Positions 26,834-39,482 of a stretch of 64,000 bases of DNA are shown piece after piece. Origin of the DNA: Tubulanus polymorphus (taxonomy: Eukaryota; Animalia; Nemertea). The notes beneath the pieces were generated by a model. That model searched no databases, was not told where the DNA came from, and worked only from the letters and a program-made list of their open reading frames with translations. Each line of letters starts with the position of its first letter. The stretch's first letter is position 1. The stretch covers positions 4,340,001 to 4,404,000 of the forward strand of contig NC_134031.1 in the NCBI RefSeq assembly GCF_964204645.1, in the 5' to 3' direction. Both the position numbers and the translations under genes were made by a program.

Positions 26834-28377
26834 CGTCGCGAAGAAAAAAAAAAACCGAGATCTATTCTAATCGTAAAACGAGGTCGACGTTGACCGCGGA
26901 GATCATCGGTCTAATTTTAGTCGCGTAATCCGGACGAGAACATTTTTATTTTAGTCGCGTAATCCGGACGAGAACATTTTTGCGGCTTAAACCTAATAAG
27001 GTAGTCCTTAAAAAAACCCTCGAAGAGAGTCGTTTTTGAAATATTCGCCGCTCGGCTCATCTACCCGCGGAGACAAGTAGTTATTAAAATAAAAATCCCG
27101 ACGAAAGACGACGACGACGGCGTCTAAATGTCAAACGAACGTTCCCAACTCGAACGGCTAGAGCGAAATATCCTGGTCAGCTTCACCAGTACATCCCGAT
27201 AGGTCTTGTATCGATAAACACTGAATAGTTCAGGGCACTGTTCTGAGTTCATCTGATCTTCTATCCTATTGCGAGTCTGCGTAAGATAAGAAATTCGCTT
27301 TCGCATTTTACCAGCAACCGGTGAGATCATCGACGGTAGACCTAACGCTTAATACCCTCCATATCCGTAAAATCATCGCTTTTTTCCTTTCAGCAAAAAC
27401 ATTCATTCACTGGTATAGTGAGGCGATGTGTGGCTATACAACTATTTCAATATATATGATATCGAAAAGGTGCGGAAAAAATTGTTGCCAAGACAAAATA
27501 AACATCCTCGTTCCTCTTCGTCTTTGCTGAGAACTACTGCGGATATACGTACGTATGAAATCCATATAGTTACGTAATAATATATACGCATAAAAATATG
27601 ACTATCTCTTCTCGCTGCGGCGGCGCGCAGACAGGCAGCACTTCATCGTGAACTCATTTCAACTGGCGCAGAGATCGGTTATAGACTGATGGCTCGATAG
27701 GATGCGCAGTCATCTCGCTAACAATTCTATAATTCATGAATATCTCCCCTGATTGTTGAACTTCCGACGAATTTAGCTTCTAGATACGCCTTGTTTACCG
27801 TTTCGAAATCCGCCTACGGATGACAAGTTCAATAAGGTATCTCTACCGCCTCGACCTTTTTTGCGCGATTATCCGATGGCGAATTCGATGCCCATCGTCG
27901 TCGTCGTTCTCTTTCTCTCTCTCTCTCGTTAGGTCTTTCCCTCGTTAACGCTCGAAACTAATTAACTAAAACGTTGTCTTAAGAGTCGAGGTTCGGCGCG
28001 CTGTAATCTACGTAATCAACCTCATCCCGTATTCCGGACATTCTCGCTCGGATAAATGGCCGATTCGTGCGCTTTATCTATAAACATAGACCATCTATAA
28101 ACATAGACCATCGATATATACACGTCTGTACGTCCGACCTGAAAACAAGTCGACCTGAAGCAACCCCTCAACCTCGAACGCTCTCTCACTCTCTCTCTCT
28201 ATCCGAAATGCTACGCTATCATGAAAGAACTACGTATCGACGACGATTTAAACCCTGAACGTTTTCCATCGACGAATCAAATGATGGCATGACTTCGGCG
28301 ACGTGTAGAAGCTTAGTCAGTCATCGACTGGTAAATGAGATGGCTCATCCTAAACATAAGCTCAATGGTATCATTCG

Positions 28378-29253
28378 CTCTCTCTCTCTCTCTCCTTCTC
28401 TCTCTCCTTCTCTCTCTCCTTCTCTCTCTCCTTCTCTCTCTCCTTCTCTCTCTCCTTCTCTCTCTCCTTCTCTCTCTCCTTCTCTCTCTCCTTCTCTCTC
28501 TCCTTCTCTCTCTCCTTCTCTCTCTCCTTCTCTCTCTCCTTCTCTCTCTCCTTCTCTCTCTCCTTCTCTCTCTCCTTCTCTCTCTCCTTCTCTCTCTCCT
28601 TCTCTCTCTCCTTCTCTCTCTCCTTCTCTCTCTCCTTCTCTCTCTCCTTCTCTCTCTCCTTCTCTCTCTCCTTCTCTCTCTCCTTCTCTCTCTCCTTCTC
28701 TCTCTCCTTCTCTCTCTCCTTCTCTCTCTCCTTCTCTCTCTCCTTCTCTCTCTCCTTCTCTCTCTCCTTCTCTCTCTCCTTCTCTCTCTCCTTCTCTCTC
28801 TCCTTCTCTCTCTCCTTCTCTCTCTCCTTCTCTCTCTCCTTCTCTCTCTCCTTCTCTCTCTCCTTCTCTCTCTCCTTCTCTCTCTCCTTCTCTCTCTCCT
28901 TCTCTCTCTCCTTCTCTCTCTCCTTCTCTCTCTCCTTCTCTCTCTCCTTCTCTCTCTCCTTCTCTCTCTCCTTCTCTCTCTCCTTCTCTCTCTCCTTCTC
29001 TCTCTCCTTCTCTCTCTCCTTCTCTCTCTCCTTCTCTCTCTCCTTCTCTCTCTCCTTCTCTCTCTCCTTCTCTCTCTCCTTCTCTCTCTCCTTCTCTCTC
29101 TCCTTCTCTCTCTCCTTCTCTCTCTCCCTCTCTCCCTCTCTCCCTCTCTCCCTCTCTCCCTCTCTCCCTCTCTCCCTCTCTCCCTCTCTCCCTCTCTCCC
29201 TCTCTCCCTCTCTCCCTCTCTCCCTCTCTCCCTCTCTCCCTCTCTCCCTCTCC

Positions 29254-29297
<44 letters not shown>
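28378..29297. repeat. Compound polypyrimidine satellite: about 60 copies of a 12-mer (TCTCTCTCTCCT), then (CTCTCTCC)n, then (CT)n
   Basis: Directly visible; it generates the spurious SPSL/LLSL/EREG ORFs. Confidence 0.98.
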
Positions 29298-29299
<2 letters not shown>

Positions 29300-29848
29300 A
29301 AGGATAAGAACGTTTGATCTCTATCCAATAAATGGAATACTTTTCTAGAAATCGTGTCAAACCTGAAGCAAGTGCGGATCTACGATTGATTGAAGGGGTG
29401 GACCTGATAATTGAAATGGGCACGTCATTTGATAAGAGCAATTTGACAAATTTGGTAATGCAAGGGCAGCAAGCCGAACATTCGGGGTTCTGGTGGTCCT
29501 CCCACAGAAAATTTCAGACTAAATGGGCTTTTCTGGTCCTGATCGCGACCCATTTGGATTTACATATTTTAAAATCGTCAGATATCCAGACTTTTTCATC
29601 TTTTTCCAAAAAAATGACGAAACTTTTTAGAGGGCACTTTCGAATTTTGAAGAGAGTGCACCAATCCACATGGTCCATCCCCCTTAATCCACCCTTGTGA
29701 ACCATATTTAACGAATAACCCTCAAGATCACAGTACCGAAGAAGCCAAACTCAATTTCACCACAATCTAGGACACTCTTTCCTAACATAAAATCGCCAGC
29801 TTTGATATCCAAATCTGAAAACCGTATCGATAGCCGATCTCGACTTAC

Positions 29849-29924
29849 CCTTTTTATTTCTGACGTTATAAGCCGGCTCGTCGGAGGACGACGATGACAC
29901 GCATGATAAACTTTTTAAATCCAT
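29849..29924 (-). CDS. RASAL2: Putative alternative first exon V4 (MDLKSLSCVSSSSSDEPAYNVRNKK)
   Basis: ATG, 25 codons + 1 nt, donor AAG G|gtaagt, phase 1. Confidence 0.5.
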
Positions 29925-30355
29925 TTCGAAGCATCTTTGTCGTTCGTAAATGAAGTCAACATGTCGTTTATCGACGAAAAAATCGCAAGTAAGGAATACA
30001 ACGAACGGTTACGCGACCAGGTGCGTTAACTCATTGATTACAGCTCTTTGTTTTGTGTGATTAATTGATAAAATGTCTCCGTGTATGAACAGTGTATGAT
30101 ATGACACATGGCATCGAATCTAGGTATGAGCTAAGTCAGACTTTCTCTGAAGGTATTTTCGCGTTCCGACTAAAAAGCAAATTGATAAGTTAATTGATTT
30201 TGTTTCGAAGGTTTTTATCGATTGGATATTTTTGATACAGGTTAACAAGCCAAAGTTATGAATCGACTTACTGATAACCGGACGATTTCCAAATGTTCCT
30301 CACTCAGGGGACAGTTTCAGCTAAATTAAGATCATTAACAACCATTTCAAATTAA

Positions 30356-30617
30356 TCCTTTCAGTGCATTTATACTACAGTGCGGTGTATAAATCGGTAA
30401 TGGACTTTGCTAGTACACCGCACTGCAGTGTATTGATATTAGTTTTACTTCGATTGAAAGATGGCAGCACCTGTCAAACAGTGAAAATGATAACTAATGA
30501 TACGCCGCACCGTGGGGTAAACATACTATAGCGGTATGCCAGTTAGGGTTGAATTTCTTTAAAATTTTCAAATTAACTCCAGCACCTTTAGGTATTGCTT
30601 AGTCAGCACTGAAAGGG
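30356..30617. mobile_element. piggyBac-type MITE
   Basis: TTAA TSDs and TIRs. Confidence 0.85.
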
Positions 30618-32805
30618 TTAAACTGTTCTAGATAAATCTAAGTAAATATCTAAAAATTTGTCAGTGTTCACAGATTAAGTCGCGCATATGCACGAGGAGG
30701 AGACACACTTTTCATACGGTACGGAGTAACGCATCGATTGACGTCGTCGATGCCGATGACTAACCGCGCAAGCAAAACGCCGAACAACTGAACGCTAAAA
30801 CTGTCTGAAGCACAATGAATAACCGATAGAAATCAAATACGATTGAGATAAAAATCCGCGGCGTTCACGCAATTTTTACGTACGTCCGTCCGATACGACG
30901 AATTCGCACCGACGATGAGGCCGTCAAATTTGCGACTTCCGTCTGTTAAAAGTAAACGAATGATCCAATCAAAGTATCCAATCAAATGATCCAATCAAAC
31001 GTTCCAATCAAAGGATTCAATCGGCTGCTGCTGCTACTCTAGAGACCAACGTAATTTGACGAGCGTAATTCCGAGCGATAAACACCTTACAAATATTCCC
31101 CGGTCATTGTAAAGAAACTGCTTTCATAATAATATATAGCGCCGGAAATCAGCTGATAGACTGGTCTTTTGTTTACGACTATAAATTTATAAGCTTCAAT
31201 ATATAATAGATTCTCATAGCGCGATAGTTTCAATGAAATACACCCTATGTATATTTGTCGCATGTAGATTTATAGTCGCCTGAGAATTTTTTTTTAGCAC
31301 GCATAGGAAATAGAAATAACAAGTTTTCGTCCCATCTGTGTCATATACAATAAAACGCTGTCGCGCGTACTGAAAATGAAGTCACGTCGAGATCCGACCT
31401 AAATTTTCCGACTGAACAGAAAAAAGTCTTCGGTTTTTGCTTTCAAGAAATAATTTTCAGAATTTTTCATCAGACGCGTTCACACTACGTTATTAAGAGT
31501 GTGAACGTGGCTATTATTTCGAAATATCGGTTTGAAAAATAGTTTGTAGAATGATGAAAGCCTTTTTAACAGCCAAGAAAATCATAATTTGAACTCGATG
31601 ACATCAAGGGCAGATCGAAGTCTACTAGTCCCCCCTAAATTATTTGGGTGCCCTCAAAATCTTAAGGAAAACGCTTCTTTTTCATTTTGTAAAATGAAAT
31701 TATTCCCTCATGACACCCATCAAATAGCCTTGGAGAACGCCAAAATTTTAAAAAACGTGGCTTTGCACCTTCGGCACTCGCCATGTCAGGTTCCCTTCAT
31801 GTCGGGTACCCTGGTCCCCCATCTTCCAAAAATCCTGGCTCCGCCCTTGGACAAACCCCTGCCCCAGGTGACCAGGAATGACACTTTTGCATTGCATCAT
31901 CCTTAAAAGAATCGAAGACCCAGATTTTTGAATAAATCAAGTCATCTTGATTGATCTTAAAATCTACAAGGGGAAATAAATGAAATAGATGTAGTCGAGG
32001 CATTAAACTCCGGTTTCGAGTATAAAGTAATGAACAAAACGCTTCAGATGCCAGAAGAAATATTAATTCTTTAGTTCGCAAAGCTGGCCACCAGTCACTT
32101 ACTTAGCGATTACGGAAATAAGAATTATTTCCGAGAAACAGGTAACCTTCGCCTGATGACATTTGATCTGCATGTGACAACTGAGTACAAGGAGTGTGTG
32201 AACACCACACAGATATTTTATTTCATTCAGGGTTGGGCATACAGTGTCGTTGCTTAAATGTTAGCCAGGGAATCGAGATCAGTCAGTTCCACACAAATAA
32301 CGCAACAGAGATACTGAAATATAATTCCATAAATTTCAGGCGATGAACACAGTTATGAACTCATCAGCTGCCAGTTATGCTCTAAGATAGGTTTAAGATA
32401 ACCGGCAGCTAAATACCATAGTACCATGAATTTTTCATTGTCACCATAATGTCAACTGTCAACAGGTAAACTCTTATCTTGGGAGTAATCATTTGATCAC
32501 AATAATGTCAACTATAAAGCACTAGTTAACTATAACCTACGAGCGATCATCTCAAGAGATGATTGCTCGGAGTTGAGATGATTGCTTGTTGCCCTTTGAG
32601 CAATCTTTTGACAAATGATTACTGACCAACTTTTGCTCCAATCAACTTTTGAGCAACTGGCCCCAGATACCTTTCTTGCGATGACGACATGTAAGAAAAG
32701 CAGTAGATCCAGCAACCAGGTCACACACCACGCTGCCATCTTTACAGCACTGACAGAAAACTAACATCACTCGCGGAACAATCCGCGATAGAAAAAAAAA
32801 CTTAC

Positions 32806-32971
32806 CGTGAACGTAAGCAGCGCAGCTGAACAAATCACCAACACGGTGCTGCCCCCTGCCGCACGATAACAGATTCATATCGCGGTGCTGCCCCCTGCCG
32901 GAGGATAACAGATTCAAATCGCTTGAATTTCGCCGGGAGCCCGAACAAGATAACACCTCGGCGTTACCCAT
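32806..32971 (-). CDS. RASAL2: Putative alternative first exon V3 (MGNAEVLSC...AAYVH, 55 codons)
   Basis: ATG, open frame, donor CAC G|gtaagt, phase 1. Confidence 0.6.
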
Positions 32972-33460
32972 AATAACCTCACTTCAAACAGATCTGATTA
33001 TCCATAAACAAACATATTCCACTTTTCCGATAACGGATCAAGGATGAATTAAAACAATTTTTTCAGAAAATGCAACAGGTCAAAACCATCATGTACCAAC
33101 TTCTCCCATTCTCCCAGCCGGTTGAACCGGAGAGTGCACTGTATTTACAAGATATCCTAAATTGGTGAATCCCGTGAAATGCTGCACTGTGAATCGAGAT
33201 GACGTCCGCAATTTCACTAACTCTTCACAATCGAAACCTCATTACGACTCCCGCGGTCAATTGCGCCGTGACTCCCGCGAGAGTCTTTGACGTTTAACGC
33301 GCTCGTTAGAATTCGGCGAGAGAAAGCCGATGAAATTTTATTACTTCGTCGTCTCGCGGTGGCGGATGTGTGCGAGTCACAACGGTAACCAATTGAAACC
33401 GATGGTGTGTACGTGTACTGTTTAGTACATCGATGACGACGATGAAAATGACGATGAAAT

Positions 33461-34085
33461 AATAATAACCATTGACAAAACGCTATATCCGTGTTGTGAC
33501 GGTAATATGCACAGAATCCCACAATAATGACGAAAAAATATAACATGAAGTCCAAAATTGTTCCCTTAATCAGGGAGATGGGATTCCTGGCTTTGAGCTA
33601 GTAGTTTATCCAATGTTTCGACTATTTTCTACTAGTCATCTTCCGAGTATTCCTGAAGATGATGATGCAATAATAACCATTGACAAAACGCTACATCCCT
33701 GTTGTCACGGCAAAATGCACAGAATCCCACAATAATGACGAAAAAATATAACTTAGTCCAAAAATGTTCCCTTGAGCTAGCAGTTTATCCAATGTTTCGA
33801 CTATATTCTACTAGTCATCTGCAAGTATTCCTGAAGATGACGATTGGAAAAATAACCACTGACAAAACGCTATATCCGTGTTTAAAGGATAATATGCACA
33901 CAATCCCACAATAATGACGAAAAAATATAAATTTAAGTCTAAAAATGTTTATTCGAGCAAGTATTTTATTTAACGTTTCGACTATATTTTTCTAGTCATC
34001 TTTTGTGAGTATTCCTGAAGATGACTACTAGAATATATTCGAAGCGTCGAATAAACTACAAGCTCAAGGAAACATTTTCCACACT
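33461..34085. repeat. Three ~180-210 bp tandem units plus an inverted partial copy, each with a degenerate minimal hammerhead motif (Penelope/retrozyme-like)
   Basis: Units start at about 33461, 33669 and 33850; GACTA..TAGTC-GAAAC stem on the minus strand; plus-strand hammerhead fold at 34010-34053. Confidence 0.7.
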
Positions 34086-35541
34086 TAATATAATATTCTT
34101 CCGTTATTATTGCTGGATTCTCTCTACAGAAACAACGATGACGTATAAAATCGACGCAATATCTTCAGTTTTCGCAAGAAATTCATATATATCTCCACGC
34201 AAAACGATAGAGCCGAAAGAGCTTGTAGTCATCGGGGTAGAGACATCTGATGATGGAAATAATTTGAATGCACCACTAATTTACGTGTCTGCAGCATACA
34301 TCCCTTCGTATATATAGATCACAATGAAATTGCAATAATTCAGTTATGTTCGGTAATGTGCTATCTTATTATGAAGTATAATTTAGCCCCGCGGCTGTCG
34401 GCATAGATAGTTCTTTGATTAGCTACGAAATAATCAACTTAATTTTCAAGGTTGCGCAAGAATATCCGCGGCAAGGTAAAACTTGATGCGTTGAAAATGG
34501 GTACCACAATCACGAAGCCGAAAAATCAAAATTATATAAATATCATATCAAAATTTATTTTCAAAATCCAAATTTTAGGTTTGCCTCTATAAAAAAAACC
34601 AATGGTTTTTAGTGGAAAACCTAAAATTTGGATTTTTAGAAAAAAAGTTTTAATGTTTTGGCTTTGAGGGACTTGATATTTAAGAATTGCTGTTGTCAAG
34701 TTCATGCCCTCAGGGCCTCGTACCACGTTAGACGTAAAGTTCGATACTTGGAATTGAAATAATTTCGAGTTAAATCCGAGTCCTCAGTAATCAAAACACA
34801 TGGTCAAGTTGCTGAAAGGTGCGCAAAAGTTTTACTAGCAGACAAGCCCGGAGTAGAAGTAGACATTGGTATCCCTGGTAAATGAACAACCCCCCACCAA
34901 CCCCCTGTACGTAATACTGATAAATCGCAACATAATTCAAACAATACATATGACAATTTCACACACAGATAAACTTATATAGGTAAGGTTAACCAGGACG
35001 ATGATAATCTAGTGAAATTAAATCTTTTGTTTAAACATTTCTTCGCTTTATGGGTTTTCTGAGAATTTATCCCGCAGTTTCGAAGAAAAAAACCGGAATC
35101 AATAAGATAAAAAAGCGTGCGATGTTTAGAGAAACTCAACGCTTGTAGTAACAGCCTGAACGAGGCCTGTTAGAATCAACCCCCGGCGTTTTTTATGTAA
35201 TTATCCATATCTTATTTGTTTTACGCAGTCGGAGACTTGGCCACCAACGATCGAACTATAGTAGATAGTGGAGACCTCTCGTAGTCAAACACAGAACTAA
35301 TACAGCGTGCGAGGCAACAGATATTTCCACGAGAAAAACTTGAACATTTCGAAATACTGAAGTTTATAATTATTCAGTCGATGGCTGAAAACATGGCCGA
35401 TCAATACTGTTTAGCCCTTAATTAGATGTGTAATTAATGGTCAAGAGCCCCCAAACCTCTATCTGTGATCCTAACACTAGTCTGTGCCAGGAGGCTTAGA
35501 AGGAATTAAGAGTTCCGGCAAAAACCTGCAAGTCACCCCGA

Positions 35542-35586
35542 AAGCTCAAGTGGTAGAGCAATTGCCCTGCAAGCGAGAGATGCGTG
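35542..35586 (+). pseudogene. tRNA-Ala(TGC)-like 5' half or SINE head remnant
   Basis: A-box/D-arm AGCTCAAGTGGTAGAGC and anticodon arm TTGC-CCTGCAA-GCGA; no T-arm or B-box. Confidence 0.35.
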
Positions 35587-36041
35587 AATGCTTTTCTCTG
35601 ACTTGTATCGCCCCCTATTAGTTTTCTTGTGAAACGTTTCTTAATCATATTATATCAAAAATACATAAAGATACATTCTTTATGTATTTTTGATTATATC
35701 TTATATTCTTCTCTTTTTCTCATATTGCTATCATCTTCTGCTTGTATCGTCTCTCTTTAATTTCATCGTATGTATTCATCATTATTTGTCTACCGTACTC
35801 ATATTCGTAACTCGTGTATTTATGTTAATATTTTATCGCATGTCATAATTCCTACGTAATTTGTGTATCATATGAAGCAATCGCATAACAATTCAAGTTG
35901 TCACTGTGTTACTTACTGGTCATTAATTCAAATCTATTGTTTAGATAATTGCTCGTAGTTCAAATACAGGAATCGAACGATATAAACACAGAATCGTTAC
36001 TGGGAACGTTCAGTACACGGAAGTTACGCTTGTTTTCTTAC

Positions 36042-36942
36042 CTGAATGAGAACGTTGCTGCCACAGGAGTCTCAAAACCGGCGAACCGCGTCTACCCCAG
36101 AACTCGGGGTCGACGGACTGATCCGACGCCCTCCTCTGCTGCGCGCGCGGTCCAACGTCCGGTTCGACCGACGACCGACGCATAGGGGAATAAATCAGTC
36201 GTTCGCGGGGCAGCGGCGGAGTTTCAGACGACTTGCGACGCGCGTTCGGCGACGACGAAGGTTTCGAGCAGCAGCCGCCGTTCGGATGATACTTCACGAT
36301 TCCGCGCGTATCCGGTTTTTGCTGGCAGTATTTCCTCAAATCGGGCTCGTAAGAAGCCCGCCGAGGCCCGGGACTCGTCGGCAGCAGCCTCTCGAACGCC
36401 GCGTAATGAGGATCGTACGACGACCGCTTGAAGAGTAATTTCTGGCGAACCCCGCGACTCGACGCCGGTTTATCCGCCGACGCTTTCCGTTCCTGCATAA
36501 GTTTAAGATCGCGATACAGATTCTGATCGGAAGAATGGCGGAATATTTGAAGCGACCGATCCGGTAGAACTTTGCTATCGTGCGGACTGTGATCGAATGA
36601 ACGCCGACAACTGTAGAAACCGTGGTCGCTAGAAATACTGAAACTATCGGCGGCGGCCGAGTCGTCGCGCACGCGTCCGCCGAGCAGTTGCTCGAAACCT
36701 CGATCGATGGAGCACCGCGTTACCATCAACTCGGGCATGCACGACGCCGTCCGGTGCACCGACGATTGATCGGTCGCGTTCACATCAAACGAACCCCGTT
36801 TACCCCTAAACTTCGGTTCCGAAGGCGGAGAGTCGACTCCGCTGTAGTCGACTTCAGCATCAGCGGCCGCCGAGTATTTCACCAGGCTGTACGAGCCCTT
36901 CTTACGATATCTATCCATATCGACGACGTTTTTCATATCCAT
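36042..36942 (-). CDS. RASAL2: Putative alternative first exon V2 (300 codons, RRxS-rich)
   Basis: ATG-initiated ORF ending in TCA G|gtaaga, a phase-1 donor; the junction would read HS-DTSYEK. Confidence 0.78.
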
Positions 36943-37514
36943 AAAACCGAGCGATTTTCGTTACGTCGAACGAGTCACGTTCGACGATTAATAAATTATT
37001 CATACGCCGCGACGACCGAACTGATGCGTCTATTCCGAGAGTACGTAATAAACATTTTAGTAACGGAGCTCGCGCGCGAAAAAAATCCTAATGAATATCT
37101 ATATCAACCATCGAAAATGATACGCGGCTGTAAACACTGGATTAATAATTCATAATAGAGACACGGAGATAGAGAACAGGCGTAATTGTGCAAACCAGTG
37201 CTGACAAACTACGATATCCCAAGACAATAACACTAAACAGTTGCAGCAGTATCAAACTTATTCTTTGTTCACCCTGCACTGTATGAGTGTATATTATGTG
37301 TATATTATGTATATATTACAATCATGAGCCCGAGAACAAAAGAATGACTTCACAATGGTCGATTGGTCTCGATCTCGCCGACCAGATAAGATTGTTTCGA
37401 CACAATTCGACGACACAATTCGACGACTTTGAGTGGATGAAACTGAAGATGCATCCGGATGCATTAACGATAAGAGCGTCGCGGCGAACTTTGCGGTGAG
37501 AATATACGCAAAAC

Positions 37515-37880
37515 ACTGAAATCAGGCGGCAGTACCGGCAGATGAAATCTATGAAATCCGCAAAATGGTCAAATTTTCCCAGCTTAGAATTGATGTATTT
37601 TTTTCAAACGTATAACGAAGCTTATATAACACGGCAAAAGTAACACCGAAATGGGGCAGCAATACCGGCAGATCAAACCATGAAATCCACAAAATGGTCA
37701 AATTCTCCTAGCTTAGGATTGATGTATTTTTCTCAAATGTATAAGTAACAAAGCTCCACAACACGGCAAAACGTTACACCGAAATTGGGTCACGGATCAA
37801 ACTATGAAATCCACAAAATGCTCAGATTCCCTTTGCTGAGGCTTGATGTATTTATTCTCACGTATATACAAGAAGCTGCA
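37515..37880. repeat. Three degenerate ~130 bp tandem units
   Basis: Recurring ATGAAATCCRCAAAATGGTCAAATT...TTGATGTATTT. Confidence 0.85.
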
Positions 37881-39064
37881 CAAGACAGCGAACTCTGATA
37901 CAGCAGCGACAAGTGGTTCTACGAACGCACAGTATCGCTACCCGGGTCGTCGCTGATTACAATGACGAAACATCGCCGGCGGGCGCAAAACATGAAAATT
38001 CGCCGTCTACTTCGTGTCGCGGCGCGCGCGACTGAAATTGCGCCCGGAACGTTCTCATTCGTATATACGCATCAGTTAATCCTATCTAAGTATTATATCA
38101 GCATCATATCGTCGCTCGGCGCGTGAAGACGCAGAAGAAGAACTACGGCTCTCGATGATGTATCCAACCGCTGAAGCTATGTTAATTAACTTATCAGGGG
38201 CATACTGGCGCTGTCATCCTGTTTATACAAGACGTCGAGTGTTCCTCGATTACGACGACTGAATTTTTTGAATAAATCGGCATCATATTCACGCGGCGTG
38301 AATTCCATCCTGGATTCGGCCTAGATCAATTATCAACATAAACCAGGTCCCTCTCGATCTATCTCTATAATCAACTAATAATAACTTCCTGGTCTCGCTA
38401 ACGAACGCAGTTCTAAAGTTCAGGCTAAACACTAATTACTTAATTACAGCGTGAGGTCTGGACGTTTTCATCCAAAAAGAAGCTTTCATAACACAGCCAC
38501 ATCGCTTATGTAAGCTGGTATCCCTGGATATCAAGACCAATAATCAGGATTATGAGTTTTACTCTGGTAACGCACTGCCCAAACAGTATCAGTTATCCCT
38601 AGATGCTAGACAGGTCATTGCCCTAACCATGCATATCCGAAACTCCTAGATGCAAAGCCGGGTACATATAGATATTATACGGCATCACCAAATACATTCC
38701 AAACTCGTACGGTAGTAAATCCCCGGGTAGAAAACTGGTAATTCGGAGAGATCATGAGATAAACCATGCAACACGAAACAATGTATCCCTGGAAACTAGA
38801 GCCGACTGTCCAGACTGTTAGCCGCGTTATACCACATACCACATGACGACGCACGCCAACTACTGTTCGAAAATGATAAGCAAATAGCCATCAAATTGAA
38901 TAGAACATTAACCCATGATATTTTCAGCGTAAAGGACAACTGTTCACGGCATACATCCCGCATGATAAATGTTCATCTTCACAATTGGCGCAAAATAAGA
39001 GATGTTCTGATCCGTATACTTGTACCATACAACAATTCTTGATGAAAAATGGATGTAAATATAA

Positions 39065-39482
39065 GCCGCGATCACACAAGTATTTTCGGCCAGTGGCAAA
39101 TTAGGGCCGGAACAACTGTTTACACGGGTGCCAAATGGACCCATGCCCGTTTGGCCCGCCCAAGAACATCGGACCAGGCCTGAGCCAAGCAATTAGCCGC
39201 AATGACACAGAGACGATTTGGCCTGGATCAAGCCAGATTTGGCACGTGCCTAATTAGAGAGCATTAAAAACCACTCGCTTGATATTAACCAACAAGCGAA
39301 TCAATTCTGGAACCAGTTTCAATTAATAAGCAGTTATTTGAACAGTGCTTAAATGAGGCCTTGGGCTTGCCCGACATTTTCGATCTGGTCAAAAATGCAC
39401 AGGCCCATTTGGCACCTGCAGTGTGTGAACCGTTGGTTCTGGTCTAATTTTGCATGGGCCAAAAATTCCATGTGAAAGCGGC
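39065..39482. mobile_element. MITE, GCCGCGATC TIR family (compound or nested)
   Basis: TAA flanks; a second TIR-like start at about 39195. Confidence 0.65.

Noticed and set aside
28289-29441. Four ORFs of 327-356 aa (SPSL, LLSL, EREG and EREK repeats)
   Set aside because: They are translations of a stop-free CT satellite and show no coding evidence.
36046-37155. Plus-strand ORFs overlapping V2, and similar ones over exon 1224-2636 and V1
   Set aside because: They are antisense shadows of GC-rich coding exons.
33461-37880. Tandem repeats considered as a CRISPR-like array
   Set aside because: The context is eukaryotic, whole units are repeated with no unique spacers, and there are no cas genes.
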